Assembly (NCBI RefSeq): GCF_964355755.1
Contig: NC_092670.1
Coordinates: forward strand, 28,756,388-28,820,387
Source of the DNA: Antedon mediterranea
Taxonomy: Eukaryota > Animalia > Echinodermata
Direction: 5' to 3'
DNA: 64,000 nt
Shown here: positions 13,858 through 26,500 of the stretch, piece by piece
How the letters are laid out: every line of letters begins with the position of its first letter
Numbering within the stretch: the first letter of the stretch is position 1
Made by a program: the position numbers and the translations under genes
The notes under the pieces: generated by a model
What the model was told of the DNA's origin: nothing
What the model saw: the letters and a program-made list of their open reading frames with translations, nothing else
Databases searched by the model: none

Positions 13858-14830
13858 ACTAGAATTTAATTCGTCACTTTGACGAATTATAGGTGATCAT
13901 TTTTATAATTTTATTGACATTAATATTTTTTAAACATGCACGTATGTTAACATACAATTGGAAATTGTTGATGTATGCGATTTTATTATACGCTTATATG
14001 AGTTGTACCTATGCCATATGCATTATGTACAGTATATACTGTATATCTATATACAGTGAAGCATTGGTGAAGTTACGAACACACATCATGTTCTTATTTT
14101 TTGGCATTGATGATATCAAAATAAACTTGTGAATAACAATATCGAAAGATAATGAATTGAGCAACAAAATATAAGATTTTGGAAGAAAATTTGGCATGTA
14201 GATGCGCAATACGCGCTCTTTGAAATTTTTATAAATTAGACGAAAGAGATGAAAAAACTACTTTTTAAAGTCAACTGGCCATATCATAACGTCACAACAT
14301 CCGAAAAGCTTAATTTTTATATGAATTTATATCTACATTTCATCAGCTTTCATAATCAATTATAATCAACAAGGTCACCTTTAATTCTGAAAAGATGTAT
14401 ATTTAAATATACGCTGAAGGTCAAATTACACAACCTACGTTATTCAAGTTTTTACGTGTGATGACGTCATCAAAATTAAAATAGTGGCAATTCATGATAA
14501 AGATAATTAATTTAGCAAGCGAAAATAGGGCTCAAATAACGGAGATGCGCTCTATTGAATGTGATAACCTACAAAAAAAAGATGAAAATTCCTAATTTTT
14601 AAATTGAAGTGGCCATTTGATGACGTCACAACATTTTGTCCGCTAAATGTGTGAATGAATTTATATCTACAACTCAATGGCTTCCAGAATAAATAAAAAA
14701 AAAATTAGGGGTCATCGTGCATTCTGAAGAGATATTTCATTTTAAAATTGCCATTGTCATTTTTAACGTGCTCGTATAGCATTATTTTAAGTCGGAATTG
14801 ATTCAAATTTTGTAAATGTACTAAGAATTG
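13858..14830 (-). mobile_element. Helentron-family copy (3' part)
   Basis: actagaatttaattcgtcactttgacgaattataggt is the reverse complement of the 1620-1657 terminus; the interior resembles 5580-6350 reversed. Confidence 0.7.
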
Positions 14831-16602
14831 TGAGTAGAATGTGATTGTGCCTCTGGGAGGCCAGTCTTTGACTGAAGAGGTTACCCAGTATAAATATACA
14901 TTTCAATATTTCAATCATCTCAGGATGGCATTCCACCTGGTGAGCATTTTCGACTTAAAAATATACTAGTAATTATTAACTCATTTTTTACTGTATTGTA
15001 CTGTAAATCTTCACACTTTAAAATTATGAAGAATTTTTCTTATGTACTGTTGTAATTTTTTAAATTTATTTATTGATGTTGCTATGTTTGTAAAATAATT
15101 TATACAAAACTATTTTATTATTGTTTTATTATGAAAATTATACAACATTTTAAAAGCTGGAAAACAGCCAACATATTTGCCGAATGCTTTATGATAGTCA
15201 TCCAATATTTATCTTGTGTTCCACTACTGAGTCTACTGCCAGTTGCCTTTATGTAGTATGTTTGTAACCTCTATTCCAGTCGTCATTAGCTTAAGTCTAT
15301 AAATCTAAAAACAATGATGTATAAATACAAATAGAAAAGTTAAATATTCACAATTTATTGCATACATATAATTATTATTTCTGTACATGAATTTGAAGTT
15401 TTCAATTTTGGGTACTAATGTACAGTAAGGAATTCCTGAAAAGTGCATCTCCTCCCTCAAAGGCCTAGTCTAATTACTGGTGTTTTGGTTGCTATCAACA
15501 ACAATCTATTCTATCAACTTCTTTAGTACTGTATCCTGATCATTTTCCAAATGTTTTTTGTCATCAGTAAGTCTTTTTTAGACTTTAAAATTAATTCTAG
15601 CTCCGGATGTATATGAATAGTACAGCAACATAGTATGCCTATTTCCTGTAGCTAGTTGTGGAGCGATTGCCTAGCTAGTTGAGTACGATATATAGGACCT
15701 AGATAGGCCTCTAAGTGGGTTCCCGTCTACTTTTCTGACTATCGATTATCTCAGTCTGCCTGCCTAAAGCTGCTACACTATACAGTAGTAAACCACTAAC
15801 TAGGCTTTATAGCCCTAGCCTAGATAGCTAAGCATAACTATAAGCCAAAAACGTCTAGTTTGCGATATATCTATTATAGGAGGATGTGTCATTCATCTAA
15901 AATAAAATTCTACTTACCGGCAAATTAACGGCAGAGCTTTTTACATCATAGGATCAGGGAAACCCCCAGCACTTTCTTCTGTTCGTCGCACATGCTTGTT
16001 TAGGTGGTGAAGATAACAGATAGGATCTCCTCTGTTTGGATGCTCATTAACATATCATGCATATTTATGAGTTGTTAGCTAACCTTGTTATTTAGGAATT
16101 TATGAGCTGATGAGTTCGAAAAATGGTAAACTTATTTTGATTTTTTATAAGCGAAATCAATATTTTTTCGGATTTTTTTTTCGGCGAAAGTGAATAACTT
16201 TATTATAACTACAAAATGATCTATTCAAAATTTTATTTTTTATATCTTTACTTTTCATGTTTTGGGGGACAATACATCTATAAAAAACTTTTCCATAAGT
16301 CACGGATGCTCATTATATTAGATATGGAGCAGAGCAATTCGGAAATGGGTGTACGAATAAAGCTATCATTTCCGTATTAGAACACGTGGTTTATAGTGAT
16401 ACATTTTTTGGTGGAATTATATGAATAATATTAAAGAAATTGTAACGCACGATATAAATATTTTAAACGACACGTATACCAGATATTTCCTTTCCCTGTT
16501 TTTCCAGGATAATTTAAAAACGAATAACAAAATGAAAACGTTCCTGAAATTCAATTAATTTTTAAATTCTGCGATTGTGTAGGCTGCCGGTACTGTTCTT
16601 AC

Positions 16603-16692
16603 CCTTCTCCATGAAAATATGTAAGCGATGTCCATTAGCGAATAATCGTCAAATAGTGCTTCCTCTTCCGATTTCTTATAAAATACATCGAT
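16603..16692 (-). CDS. BMI1: BMI1-like coding exon 7 (RAWUL)
   Basis: IDVFYKKSEEEALFDDYSLMDIAYIFSWRR resembles BMI1 [27 protein letters not shown]; tactag/gtaaga; 90 nt. Confidence 0.96.
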
Positions 16693-16985
16693 CTAGTAAA
16701 TAATAAGAATCCAAATTACAATGGAAAGTACATATTATACACATAATGCGGACCAACCAGTTTAACCTCATCTCTCCGTTGTAATATAATATTTATCCTG
16801 TAAATTTGAAAATACTGTTGTTATAATAAATAATAGGCATATACGGTGTATAACATGAACACATCAATTGATGAGCGACGGTTTAGGCAATATATACATG
16901 CATCGAATCGACAGATAATACCGAAAGCGACTAATGAAGCCAAAAATGCAGTCCACTGTAGGGGCCTATTACGGGATAATTCTAA

Positions 16986-19212
16986 TAGTCCAGTCCCTAA
17001 GGGGAAATGATGTTACCATAGTGGATACAAGTGTGCCCTTTGGCATGTTGATAGAACATGATATGGAGATACCAAAACAAAGTTACTGGAAATCTGATTT
17101 GACCTCTGTGACCTCTGACCTAAATTTTTATATTTCTATCTTAAACAGCCATATCTCCGCAACGGGTTTGACAATTGAAATGATATTGGTGTCAACTAGA
17201 TCAGAGGGTACATATTTATATTCGCTCTAATAGAACTTTTTTTCAAAAAAACGACCGGAAATGTAATTTCTCAATGTTTTGACCTTTGACCTCGGCTTAC
17301 TATATCTCAATAACTACTGGTCAAAATTTCTTGAAATTTGTTTCAAATTGTTAAGAGCATACATATTTATATATACTCTAATTAAACATGTTCTTCCAAA
17401 TCCACAGGAAATGTAATTTACTGACCTTTGACCTTTAATGTTTAAATATGTCTGTATCTCTGTAACCAAATGTCATAAAAAGTTCAACTTGGTGTCAAAA
17501 TGTTCAAAATGTAAACATTTATATTAGCTCTAATAGAAGATGTTATTATATTTTTACTGGAAATGCCAGTTTGAGGTATGACCAGGATATACTGTTAAGC
17601 GTGCGTGTGTCATACTTATAATAATATACCTAAAATATAGATTTAATGGACCAGAACTACATTCAATATCCTATTTAGCCTTTTACAATTTTCTTAAAAC
17701 TTAATGTTTAATTTAATTTCAATATATAATTCCATCGCATGGTAGGCCTACACCGTAAGAGCAACACTTAATATCAACAAAAAATTAGATAAACTTAAAA
17801 GTTAAATAACAATAAAAAAAAAAAAATCAGGATCTTAAAGAAAGAAAAGAAGAATTAACCAATGCGATTTGATACTCATAAAACATATGACCTAATTATC
17901 AATTAATTGCTTGAAGTATGCTGAAAAAATAAAATATTTGAAACAGTGAGGAAAAGCGAAGAAAAGAAAAACATATGTTTAAAATATTAGAAATCTGAAA
18001 AGGATCAAAGACAAATTAATTACAAAGTTGATTTCTTTTCAAGAACATACTGTAGTGGAATATAAAAGGAAAACAAACCAGTGAGCAGTCAAAATTACCA
18101 TCTTGGCTTGATGAGGCAATAACACATCCAGCTCATAACACTAACAAAATCTTTGAAACCAGAAGAAATTAAGAGAAGCAATGATAATTTAATTTTAATC
18201 CACAAAAACATGACAAAACTGACATCAACCATTACCGACCAAACGAACATTATCACATGTACACAAATAATTTACAAAAGTAATCAAAAAACAAAATCAG
18301 AGACCGACTAGAAGTAAATAAACCAATATATAAGGCTTTATACAGTAGGACCATCTTATACAGTTTGTCAATCAACTAAAATAAAAAGGAAATTAATATC
18401 ACCAAATCTTTGATTTAGAGATTATCAGAAAGCATTTGACTCAATAAAACAGGCATTACCATATTAGAGGGAAATATTATACCTCAACAAATATTGATTA
18501 CGATCGTTCAAAGAGAAGTTAAGGAAGATTAGTAAGACAAGGCGACACTTCGAAATGCTCAAAATATTAATTGCTAAATATATGCAAAACGATGGGTCAT
18601 AGCTCAAAATGACATTTCCAATTGAATTCTGACAAAATATTTTGTTAGAGCAAATATAAATGTGTATATTCTAAACAATTTGACACCAAACTGAACTTTT
18701 TAGGACAAATAGTTACCGAGATATTGACATATTCAAACATTAGAGGTCAAGGGTCAAAAAAGCTTAATTTATGGTAATTTTTTGAAAAAAGTTTCTATTA
18801 GACTAAATATTAGATTTATTTTCTTAACATTTTGAGCCCATTTTCAAATCTCTGAGATTGCGTGTTATTGAGATATTAGGCAATCAAGGTCAAAAGTCAA
18901 ACTGAAAAATAAAGCCTTTGCGGCCATTTTTGTACAATTATTTTCATTATAGCGAATATAAATATATATCTTCCAAGCATTTTGAAAAAAAAATTAATGT
19001 AAAATGTCCCTGCGTTGTCAAGATATGGCGATTTTTAGTTATATAATAGAAAAATATAAAAATTGAGGTCAGAGGTTACAGAGGTCAAATCAGATTTCCA
19101 GTAACTTTGTTTTGGCATCTCCACACTATACTCTACCAAACTGCTATACTGAAAAATTTGTATCCAGTCTGGTAACATCCCACCCCTTTTTCTCCCCTTA
19201 GGGACTGGACTA
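16986..19212. mobile_element. Academ-like non-autonomous element with long TIRs
   Basis: TAGTCCAGTCCCTAAGGGGA...TCCCCTTAGGGACTGGACTA; 3-bp TSD TAA; degenerate arms of several hundred bp. Confidence 0.75.
17850..18560 (+). pseudogene. Highly decayed RTE-like LINE RT remnant
   Basis: Residual motifs DYQKAFDSIK (about 18420) and VRQGD (about 18531), with many stops and indels. Confidence 0.55.
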
Positions 19213-19406
19213 TAAGTGATATTTTGAACAAACTGACATAGGCATAACGATACAGTATAATCAGGGAAGAGTGAAATCCCCATAATTTCGCTCTTCCCTG
19301 GTGCAGTCTAAACAATCTCAAGATCAAGGTATATAGGCGTCAACGAAATATATATATTGAGAAACCGAAGAATTCCACTTAATATTTTAAAGTACTGCGA
19401 TACAAT

Positions 19407-20190
19407 AAGTCAAGTCAAGTATCATTTATTGTCATTTGTTTTAACAAAAAAAACATAGAAATTCTGTTTGCTCTGTTGGCGGAGCACAATATCCAACGGA
19501 CACAACACGAACTCAAAAACAAAAACATTACAAAAAGTGTCTACATGATGTTTAAGGCTTTAATAGCTCCTGGAAAGAAACTATTTGTAAATCGTGCCTT
19601 ATTGGCCTTAATAGAACGAAATTGCCGACCGCTGTGCATCGACTGGGACATACTAGAGGCCGGCCACTCAGATCATTTGAAATATAAATACCTAAGAATT
19701 TAAATTCTTCTACAAACTCAACTGATATACCATTAATAAATATGGGATATTTGACATTAAGTGATTTACGGAAGTCTACAACCATTTTTTTGGTCTTCAA
19801 GAACAGATTTTTTTCGTTACACCAGTCTACAACTCGTTTAACTTGGTTGCGATAATTAAACTCATCACTGTCATCATTGATTAGACCTACAATGGTAGTA
19901 TCATCCGCGAATTTCGCGATATGACAGTTACTGTAGTAAGCCATGGGTAAATAAAGTAAAAAGAAAGGGCGACAGTACACAGCCCTGTGGTACACCTGTA
20001 TTTATAATACGCTTATCCGATATAGGCCTAATGGTACCCACTTTAGTACGTTGGGGTCGATCAGTTAAAACGGTTAACACCCAGTTTCATATAGAAATAT
20101 CAAAACCGATTTCAACCATCTTAGTGTGTAACTTATACGGTACAATCGTATTAAATGCTGAACTAAAATCTATATATAAAATCCTAGCAT
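19407..20190 (-). mobile_element. Rex1/Babar-like LINE, 3' part
   Basis: ARILYIDFSSAFNT, GVPQG, KFADDTTIVGLI, KTKKMVVDFRK, FKFLGIYISNDL; (CTTGA)n tail at 19407-19420. Confidence 0.85.
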
Positions 20191-20576
20191 ATCTTTTATT
20201 TATTTATTTATTATTTATTCGGTATATAAAATATATTACAAAACGACAGTCAAGGACTGAAATGAATTGTATAACAAATGCCAAAAAATTAGTTAAAATT
20301 GCTATAAAAATAGAAACATCTTATTAAAATTAGATATCGTACCATAAAATTAAAAACATAGATGAATAAAAAACCTTAAAACATTCACTTATTACATATC
20401 TAAAAAAGAGCTAGTGGTGCCTATTAATTATATCCACCATGGTGGGAACTGGAGACGACCTAAGTCTGCTGGATTTACAATGAGGTACTTCTAGAAAGCG
20501 GTTGAATCTGAGAGACCGAGCTGGCTTATGAAGAGGGGGAAGTATTTCTCTAAACAGCTCGGATTTTAATTAGCCT

Positions 20577-22403
20577 TGTTACAACCGTTAATGTAGAAAA
20601 CGCCAGCTTATGTCGAAACAACCGTTAATGTAGAACAATCCACCGCTTATGTAGTAAAACCTCCAGCTTATGTAGAAACACCAACAGCTTATGTAGTAAA
20701 TAAACACCAACACCAGCTAATGTAGAAACGGTCAACAGCTTATGTAGTAACGAAAATTGCCTCCCAGCTTATGTAGTTACTATCGCCAGCTAATGTAGAA
20801 AATGTTATATATTTTACAAAAATGTCGAAATCATGTGCAAATGCATCGATATTAACTTAGCTATCAGTCTTTCCACCTCTCGTAAGCAACCAACTTTCTA
20901 AAACGACCACACATCGTAAGCTACCATCTCTGTTAAGGGACCGCTTCTCATAATCGACCACCTCTCGTAAGGGATCACCTCCTCTCATAAGGGACCACTT
21001 CTCATAATTGACCATCTCTCGTAAGTGACCACCTCTCTTAACGACCACACCTCTCTTAAGTGACCACCTCTTTTAAGGGACCACGACCTCTTTCTCTCTA
21101 TTAAAGGACCGCTTCTCATAATCGTCAGTGACGACTGTTTTAAAGGACCACCTCTCTTAACGACCCCACCTCTCGTAAGTGACGACCTCTTTTAAAGGAC
21201 CACTTTCTCTGTTAGAGACTGCTTCTAATTATCGACCATATCTCGTAAGCGACCACCTTAACGACCACACCACTCGTCAGTGGCGACCTCTTTTAAAAAG
21301 CCAGCACCTCCTCTATTTAAGGACCGCTTCTCATAATCGACCTTCACCCGTTACATCGACCTCTGGAAAGTTACTACCTCTATTGAACGACCGCCGTCTC
21401 TGTTCAGGTGCCACTTCTCATCAACCATCTCCCGTAAGCGACCACCTCAACGACCACACCACTTGTCAGTGATGACCTCTTTTAAAGGACCACCACCTCT
21501 ATTTAAGGACCGCTTCTCATAACCGACTTTGTCCGTCACATCGAGCTCTGGAAAGTGCTTACCTCTATGGAACGACCACCGTCTCTGTTAAGGGGCCGCT
21601 TCTCATCATTGACCACCTCTCGTAAGCAACCACATTAAGAGATAGTCGATTATGAGAAGCGGTCCTTTAATAGAGAGAAAGAGGTCGTGGTCCCTTAAAA
21701 GAGGTGGTCATTTACGAGAGGTGTGGTCGTTAAGAGAGATGGTCGCTTACGAGAGGTGATCGATTATGGAAAGCGGTTCCTTGTGAGAGGAGGTGATCAA
21801 TTACGAGAGGTGGTCGATTATAAGAAGTGGTCCCTTAACAGAAACGGTGGAAGTTCATAGGTGGGCAATTCAATTGAGAAGCGGTCCTTTAATAGAGAGA
21901 AATATGTCGTGGTCCCTTAAAAAAGGTGGTCATTTACGAGAGGTGGTCGCTTACGAGAGGTGCAGTGGTCGATTATTAGAAGCGGTCCCTTATGAGAGGA
22001 GGTGATCCCTTACGAGAGGTGGTCGATTATGAGAAGCGGTCCCTTAACAGAGATGGTAGCTTACGATGTGTGGTCGTTTTAGAAAGTTGGTTGCTTACGA
22101 GAGGTGGAAAGACTGATAGCTAAGTAAAGATCGATGTATTTGCACATGATTTAGACATTTTTGTAAAATATGTAACATTTTCTACATTAGCTGGCGATAG
22201 TAACTACATAAGATGGGAGGCATTTTTCGTTACTACATAAGCTGGTGACCGTTTCTACATTAGCTGGTGTTGATTTTTATTTACTACATAAGCTGTTGGT
22301 ATTTCTACATAAGCTGGAGGTTTTACTACATAAGCGGTGGATTGTTCTACATTAACGGTTGTTTCGACATAAGCTGGCGTTTTCTACATTAACGGTTGTA
22401 ACA
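20577..22403. mobile_element. Foldback element with TGT...ACA ends (Ginger-like) and minisatellite arms
   Basis: TGTTACAACCGTTAATGTAG...CTACATTAACGGTTGTAACA; 5-bp TSD AGCCT (20572-76 and 22404-08); arms made of cagcttatgtag and gaccacctctcgtaag arrays. Confidence 0.88.
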
Positions 22404-23115
22404 AGCCTTCCCCGAAAGACAACACAAGTTTGTTTCTTCTCTCAACAAGAGTAGGTAAACCAGTAATAGACAATGCATGATCATAGCACAAATAGTGGTT
22501 ACCTAGCATGATACGCAGAGCTCTCTTTTGTACCTTTTCAATAGACTTGGACATGTCCTTAGTGATAGCGCCATGCCAAACAGGGGCAGTATATTCTAAA
22601 ATAGGTCTTATATACGCCATATAAACAGTCAACAGATCATTAATTAAGATTCCTGCTTTCTTCAAAATGCACAAGGAAAATAAACGTCTAAAAGCTCTAG
22701 ACACAATATAATTAGTGTTAAGTTCCCATTTCAGGTCATTTTGAATGATTACACCAAGAAGCGTCATGTGATCAACTACTTGTAAAATGGAACCACTCAG
22801 ACTAAAAGAAGGCGATATAATATCATCCGACTTGTCCTTAAGAAAATTGACAACCAAGATATGGCATTTGGAGGGTTTGGGTATCATATTATTGGATGAA
22901 CACCAAACACTCAGATCATCTAACAGGGATTGCATGGAAGGCAAATCACCTTTGCGAACGACCTCCCCAAGGGTGAGGTCATCCACATATTTCCATCGTC
23001 TGCAGCAATCAGCACAAGCATCGTTAATAAGTACTAGGAAAAGTACAGGGCCAAGCAATGTCCCCTGTGGGACACCACAAGTCAAGTGACTTGGAAGATG
23101 ACAAAATCCCAGCAA
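22404..23115 (-). pseudogene. LINE RT C-terminal half (frameshifted, interrupted)
   Basis: GVPQGTLLGPVLF, KYVDD, LLGVII, IRPILEY..PVW, IEKVQKRALR. Confidence 0.9.
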
Positions 23116-23364
23116 ACTTGGTGTTGAGAGAACGGGAAGTGAGAAAGCTGCAGACGATGGGAATTATGGACGACCTCACACCCAGTTCAATCAACTTTAT
23201 AATAATAACATTATGATCAACACGATCAAAAGCTTTAGTAAAGTCAGTGGCACATAGGTTAACATAACATTTACTCTTCTCAACATCTTTGAGTGTAGAG
23301 TCAATAAGACTAACAAGATAGTGAGTTGAGGAAGCCTTTTTCCTACTACCAAATTGACGAGAAT

Positions 23365-25179
23365 CTAATTTACCCTTTCTTCAAGAATCCACTTAACAAT
23401 ACAAGATTCAAATACCCTGGCAAGAATATAGGTAAGGGAAATAGGTCTAAGGTCAGAGACAGAACTAGCATTCACAGTTTTAGGAATGGGAACTGCAGTA
23501 GCCCTTTTCCAAAGGTCGGGGAAAACACCATCCTTCAATGCATGATTGAAGATATCCGCAACAGGTTCAGCAAGTTCAGGAACAAAATCTCTATATAATT
23601 TAATAGGGGGTTCATCTGGATGGCCAGCTTTGTTAGGCTTAAGATTACAAAGGGCTTTTAGGACCTGGCCAGCATATATTAAAGGTGGTGGCCCAGGGGC
23701 TGGGAGATAAGCAGGCAAATCGTTTAAATTAAGAGGAGGGATGGCATTACAAACACTAGAGAAATGGGCATTAATCTCAGAGCCAGTTTCAACTTTGGAC
23801 AGCTCAGGCAAGGTGAAATTAGTATTTTTAGTCTTAAGATTACATAGTTGTTTAATACCTTTATGCCACATGGCAAGGTTGTTACGTTTAAGACTTAATA
23901 AGAAATTACAATAATATTTGTTTTTAGCCTTTCTAATACAATCTTGGACTAAGTTGCGAATTGAACGCCACTCATCCGTTCTACCAAACCTACGAAACAA
24001 ATTTTGTCTAGAGTCAATTAATCTTCGAATCTTGTCGGACATCCAGGGCTTGTCAGCAGTGCGCTTGTTCCTAATCAGCACAGGAAAGATCTTGTTAAAA
24101 GCACCATTCAAAATTGAAGAGCACATTTTGATTTTTCGATTGACGTCCTCAATATTCAGCACATCATTCCACTCATGGGTTGTAACCCATTGGCCAAAGG
24201 ACAAAACAGAGGAGTCACGATATGGCTGAGAACGCACTGATAGACGCTTGTGCTGAGGTAATTCCATCAGTGGTTCCAATAGGATGGCATTATGGTCACT
24301 CCGACCCAGTGGCGCTAAGCGTTGCGGAAGATAGTAAAGATCAGCACGACTCAAAAATATCTTGTCCAACAGGGCATCCTTTCGTGTAGCGAAGTTAACA
24401 ACTTGCGACAGTTCAACATTCACTTCCAGCTCAGCTAGATCTAGGTCATTAAAGTCACCCAAAATAGCAATAGGAGCAGCGAAATCCATAGAACGAATGT
24501 TATCAATTGTATCAACAATGTGCTCAATCAACAAATCCGCATTAGCGGCAGACGGTGGATAATAAATAGCTCCAATATAAAAGTGACTACCTTGATTTGA
24601 CTTGCCTAGAATAGTTGTCTTTATCCAAAAGCATTCGAAATTACAGCTACCATGTGCAATGCAAGATTCACAGGCAAAATCATCACCAACAAAAATAGCA
24701 ACACCACCACCTCTCTTGTTGCATCTATTCTTCGTGAACTTTTTAAAACCGGAACAATTCACAAAATCAATAGTAGCATCATTCAGCCAAGTCTCTGTTA
24801 ACACAGCTATATCGACTTTGAATTTGGAAATGGTGGCTTCAAATTCATCAATCTTATTTTTAACAGAGCGGGCATTAGCAAGGAAAAGTCTAGGACAGGA
24901 AACTCTTGATCTACGTAGTTTAATTGTGACCAGATTATTTCGAGAAGAGCCACTTTTGTTGAGGGCGGCCATGGTGGTAGGCCTAGGCCTAGTAGTAGGC
25001 CTACGCCCATTACCAATAACGACTTTAATCTTACGACTTTTATTTCTGCCACCACGAGAACCTCTCGGTTTCCTCAATATCAGGAGCTCCTTAGCAATGT
25101 TGAAGAAAGATGGATTATCGTAGAAACATTTACCTTGGTTGAAAGATTTTAGGTCAGCAGTAGAGTAACGGACAGCCAT
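23365..25179 (-). CDS. LINE APE endonuclease plus start of RT
   Basis: NARS, LTETWL, RGGGVAIFV, GDFN, LDKI, SDH endonuclease motifs; LRPISLT RT motif; frame broken near 23365. Confidence 0.9.
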   Translation of the reverse strand: MAVRYSTADLKSFNQGKCFYDNPSFFNIAKELLILRKPRGSRGGRNKSRKIKVVIGNGRRPTTRPRPTTMAALNKSGSSRNNLVTIKLRRSRVSCPRLFLANARSVKNKIDEFEATISKFKVDIAVLTETWLNDATIDFVNCSGFKKFTKNRCNKRGGGVAIFVGDDFACESCIAHGSCNFECFWIKTTILGKSNQGSHFYIGAIYYPPSAANADLLIEHIVDTIDNIRSMDFAAPIAILGDFNDLDLAELEVNVELSQVVNFATRKDALLDKIFLSRADLYYLPQRLAPLGRSDHNAILLEPLMELPQHKRLSVRSQPYRDSSVLSFGQWVTTHEWNDVLNIEDVNRKIKMCSSILNGAFNKIFPVLIRNKRTADKPWMSDKIRRLIDSRQNLFRRFGRTDEWRSIRNLVQDCIRKAKNKYYCNFLLSLKRNNLAMWHKGIKQLCNLKTKNTNFTLPELSKVETGSEINAHFSSVCNAIPPLNLNDLPAYLPAPGPPPLIYAGQVLKALCNLKPNKAGHPDEPPIKLYRDFVPELAEPVADIFNHALKDGVFPDLWKRATAVPIPKTVNASSVSDLRPISLTYILARVFESCIVKWILEERVN

Positions 25180-25464
25180 CGAGGAGATGCCAGTACCGAG
25201 ACGGGCTAGCTGAGTATACCGCGCACAAATAGGTACACCTGCTCCTACAGCTGGCTTGGTGACCAGCCCTAAATCTAAAGTTCAGTTAATACAGGCAAAA
25301 CTAGCAAAATACCATCAAAAGACAAATAATAGTAGACACCTAACAACCAACTTGCACAATACTCAGCACGAGACGAAAAAAAGGCGTTAAAAATTGGTAA
25401 AATGTTAGGTGAAAAGGAGAGCGAATTTAAATTTCAAACGGCATCAGTGAAGCGCCCTCATTGA

Positions 25465-26500
25465 CATTATCACGTTCGAGATGCTCTAAGATCCTATGCA
25501 AAGTGATCGATACAGCATTTCGGTAGACCGGTTTGGTCTATAAGCGAACTGATATTGGTCAAGATCTCGAGGACACTTGGTCTTCAGGTAATTAAGGACT
25601 ATATGTTCAAAGCATTTCATCAGAACCGACGTTAATGTTATAGGTCGGTAATCATTCAGGGTTTCGATTAAGGAACGTTTCGGAATCAGAATTATTATAG
25701 AATCTTTAAAACATTGCGGAATAATTTGAGATATAAGAGAGAAAATGAAAATGTATGTAAAAATATGGGCAATCTGTTTGCATCAATGATTAACAAGCAT
25801 AGGGGATATACCATCTGCACCAGCTTAATTTGATCCGATTTTGGTTTGTAGTTTGTTATTTTATTTAAGCTTTTCCATAACTCTCTGGAATCGCCGGAAG
25901 ATATATCTTCCTCTAACCTGTTTTTATATTCTCTCTTGGCTTTATTTATTCCCTTTCGTAACTCGTATTTTGATTTCCTAAATAGATCCTTATCATTCGA
26001 TCATCTCTATTTCGTATCAGATCCTTAATAGACTTGTTAAACTATGGGTTTTGATTTGGATACATCTTAACTACATCTTTATCGATACATATGTCCTGGC
26101 AGAATTTAATATATGAAATAACAGATTCAGTACATAAGTTAATGTCCGAACTGTCCTTAAAAGCATTCCAGTCTGTACAATCAAAGCAACCTTGTAGTTT
26201 CATAATATTATCCGGTGTCCATTTGCTAATCATGCATGATTTGACAGCCTCGCGCTATCATGTAAATCATGTATCGCAGTATAATGTAAATTAGGTTGTG
26301 GTCGGACATCGCAGTATCATGTAAATTAGGTTGTGGTCGGACTCGCCAAGTGGAGGTCGCTTTATTGAGCTGTAAGAATCTTTAATTGTTGTATAACAAT
26401 GATCCAAGATGTTATTGTTCCGGGTCGAAACCGTAACATGTTGAAACAATTTGGGGAGCGTTTTCTTCAAATTAACGTGGTTGAAATCACCTAATATTAT
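25465..26500 (-). mobile_element. Rex1/Babar-like LINE, 5' part (same element, split by the nested LINE)
   Basis: LQGCFDCTDWNAF, PNQ(K)P, NDYRPITLTSVLMKCFE, LEHLERDN, which continues into ARILY at 20190. Confidence 0.85.

Larger units (their letters stand above)
20191..25460 (-). mobile_element. Near full-length CR1/L2-group (Daphne/Crack-like) LINE, APE + RT
   Basis: ORFs 23365-25179 and 22384-23115; the C-terminus resumes at about 20570-20410 (PHCKSSRLRSSPVPTMV); (TAAA)n tail near 20195-20215. Confidence 0.92.

Noticed and set aside
15918-16031. AG/GT-bounded minus-strand segment as an extra BMI1 exon
   Set aside because: Not needed between exons 7 and 8, contains stops in the required frame, and shows no homology.
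20857-22005. Repetitive ORFs and a CRISPR-like appearance
   Set aside because: Degenerate minisatellite without unique spacers, in eukaryotic DNA with no cas genes.
22787-25123. Plus-strand ORFs up to 173 aa
   Set aside because: Antisense to the LINE ORF.
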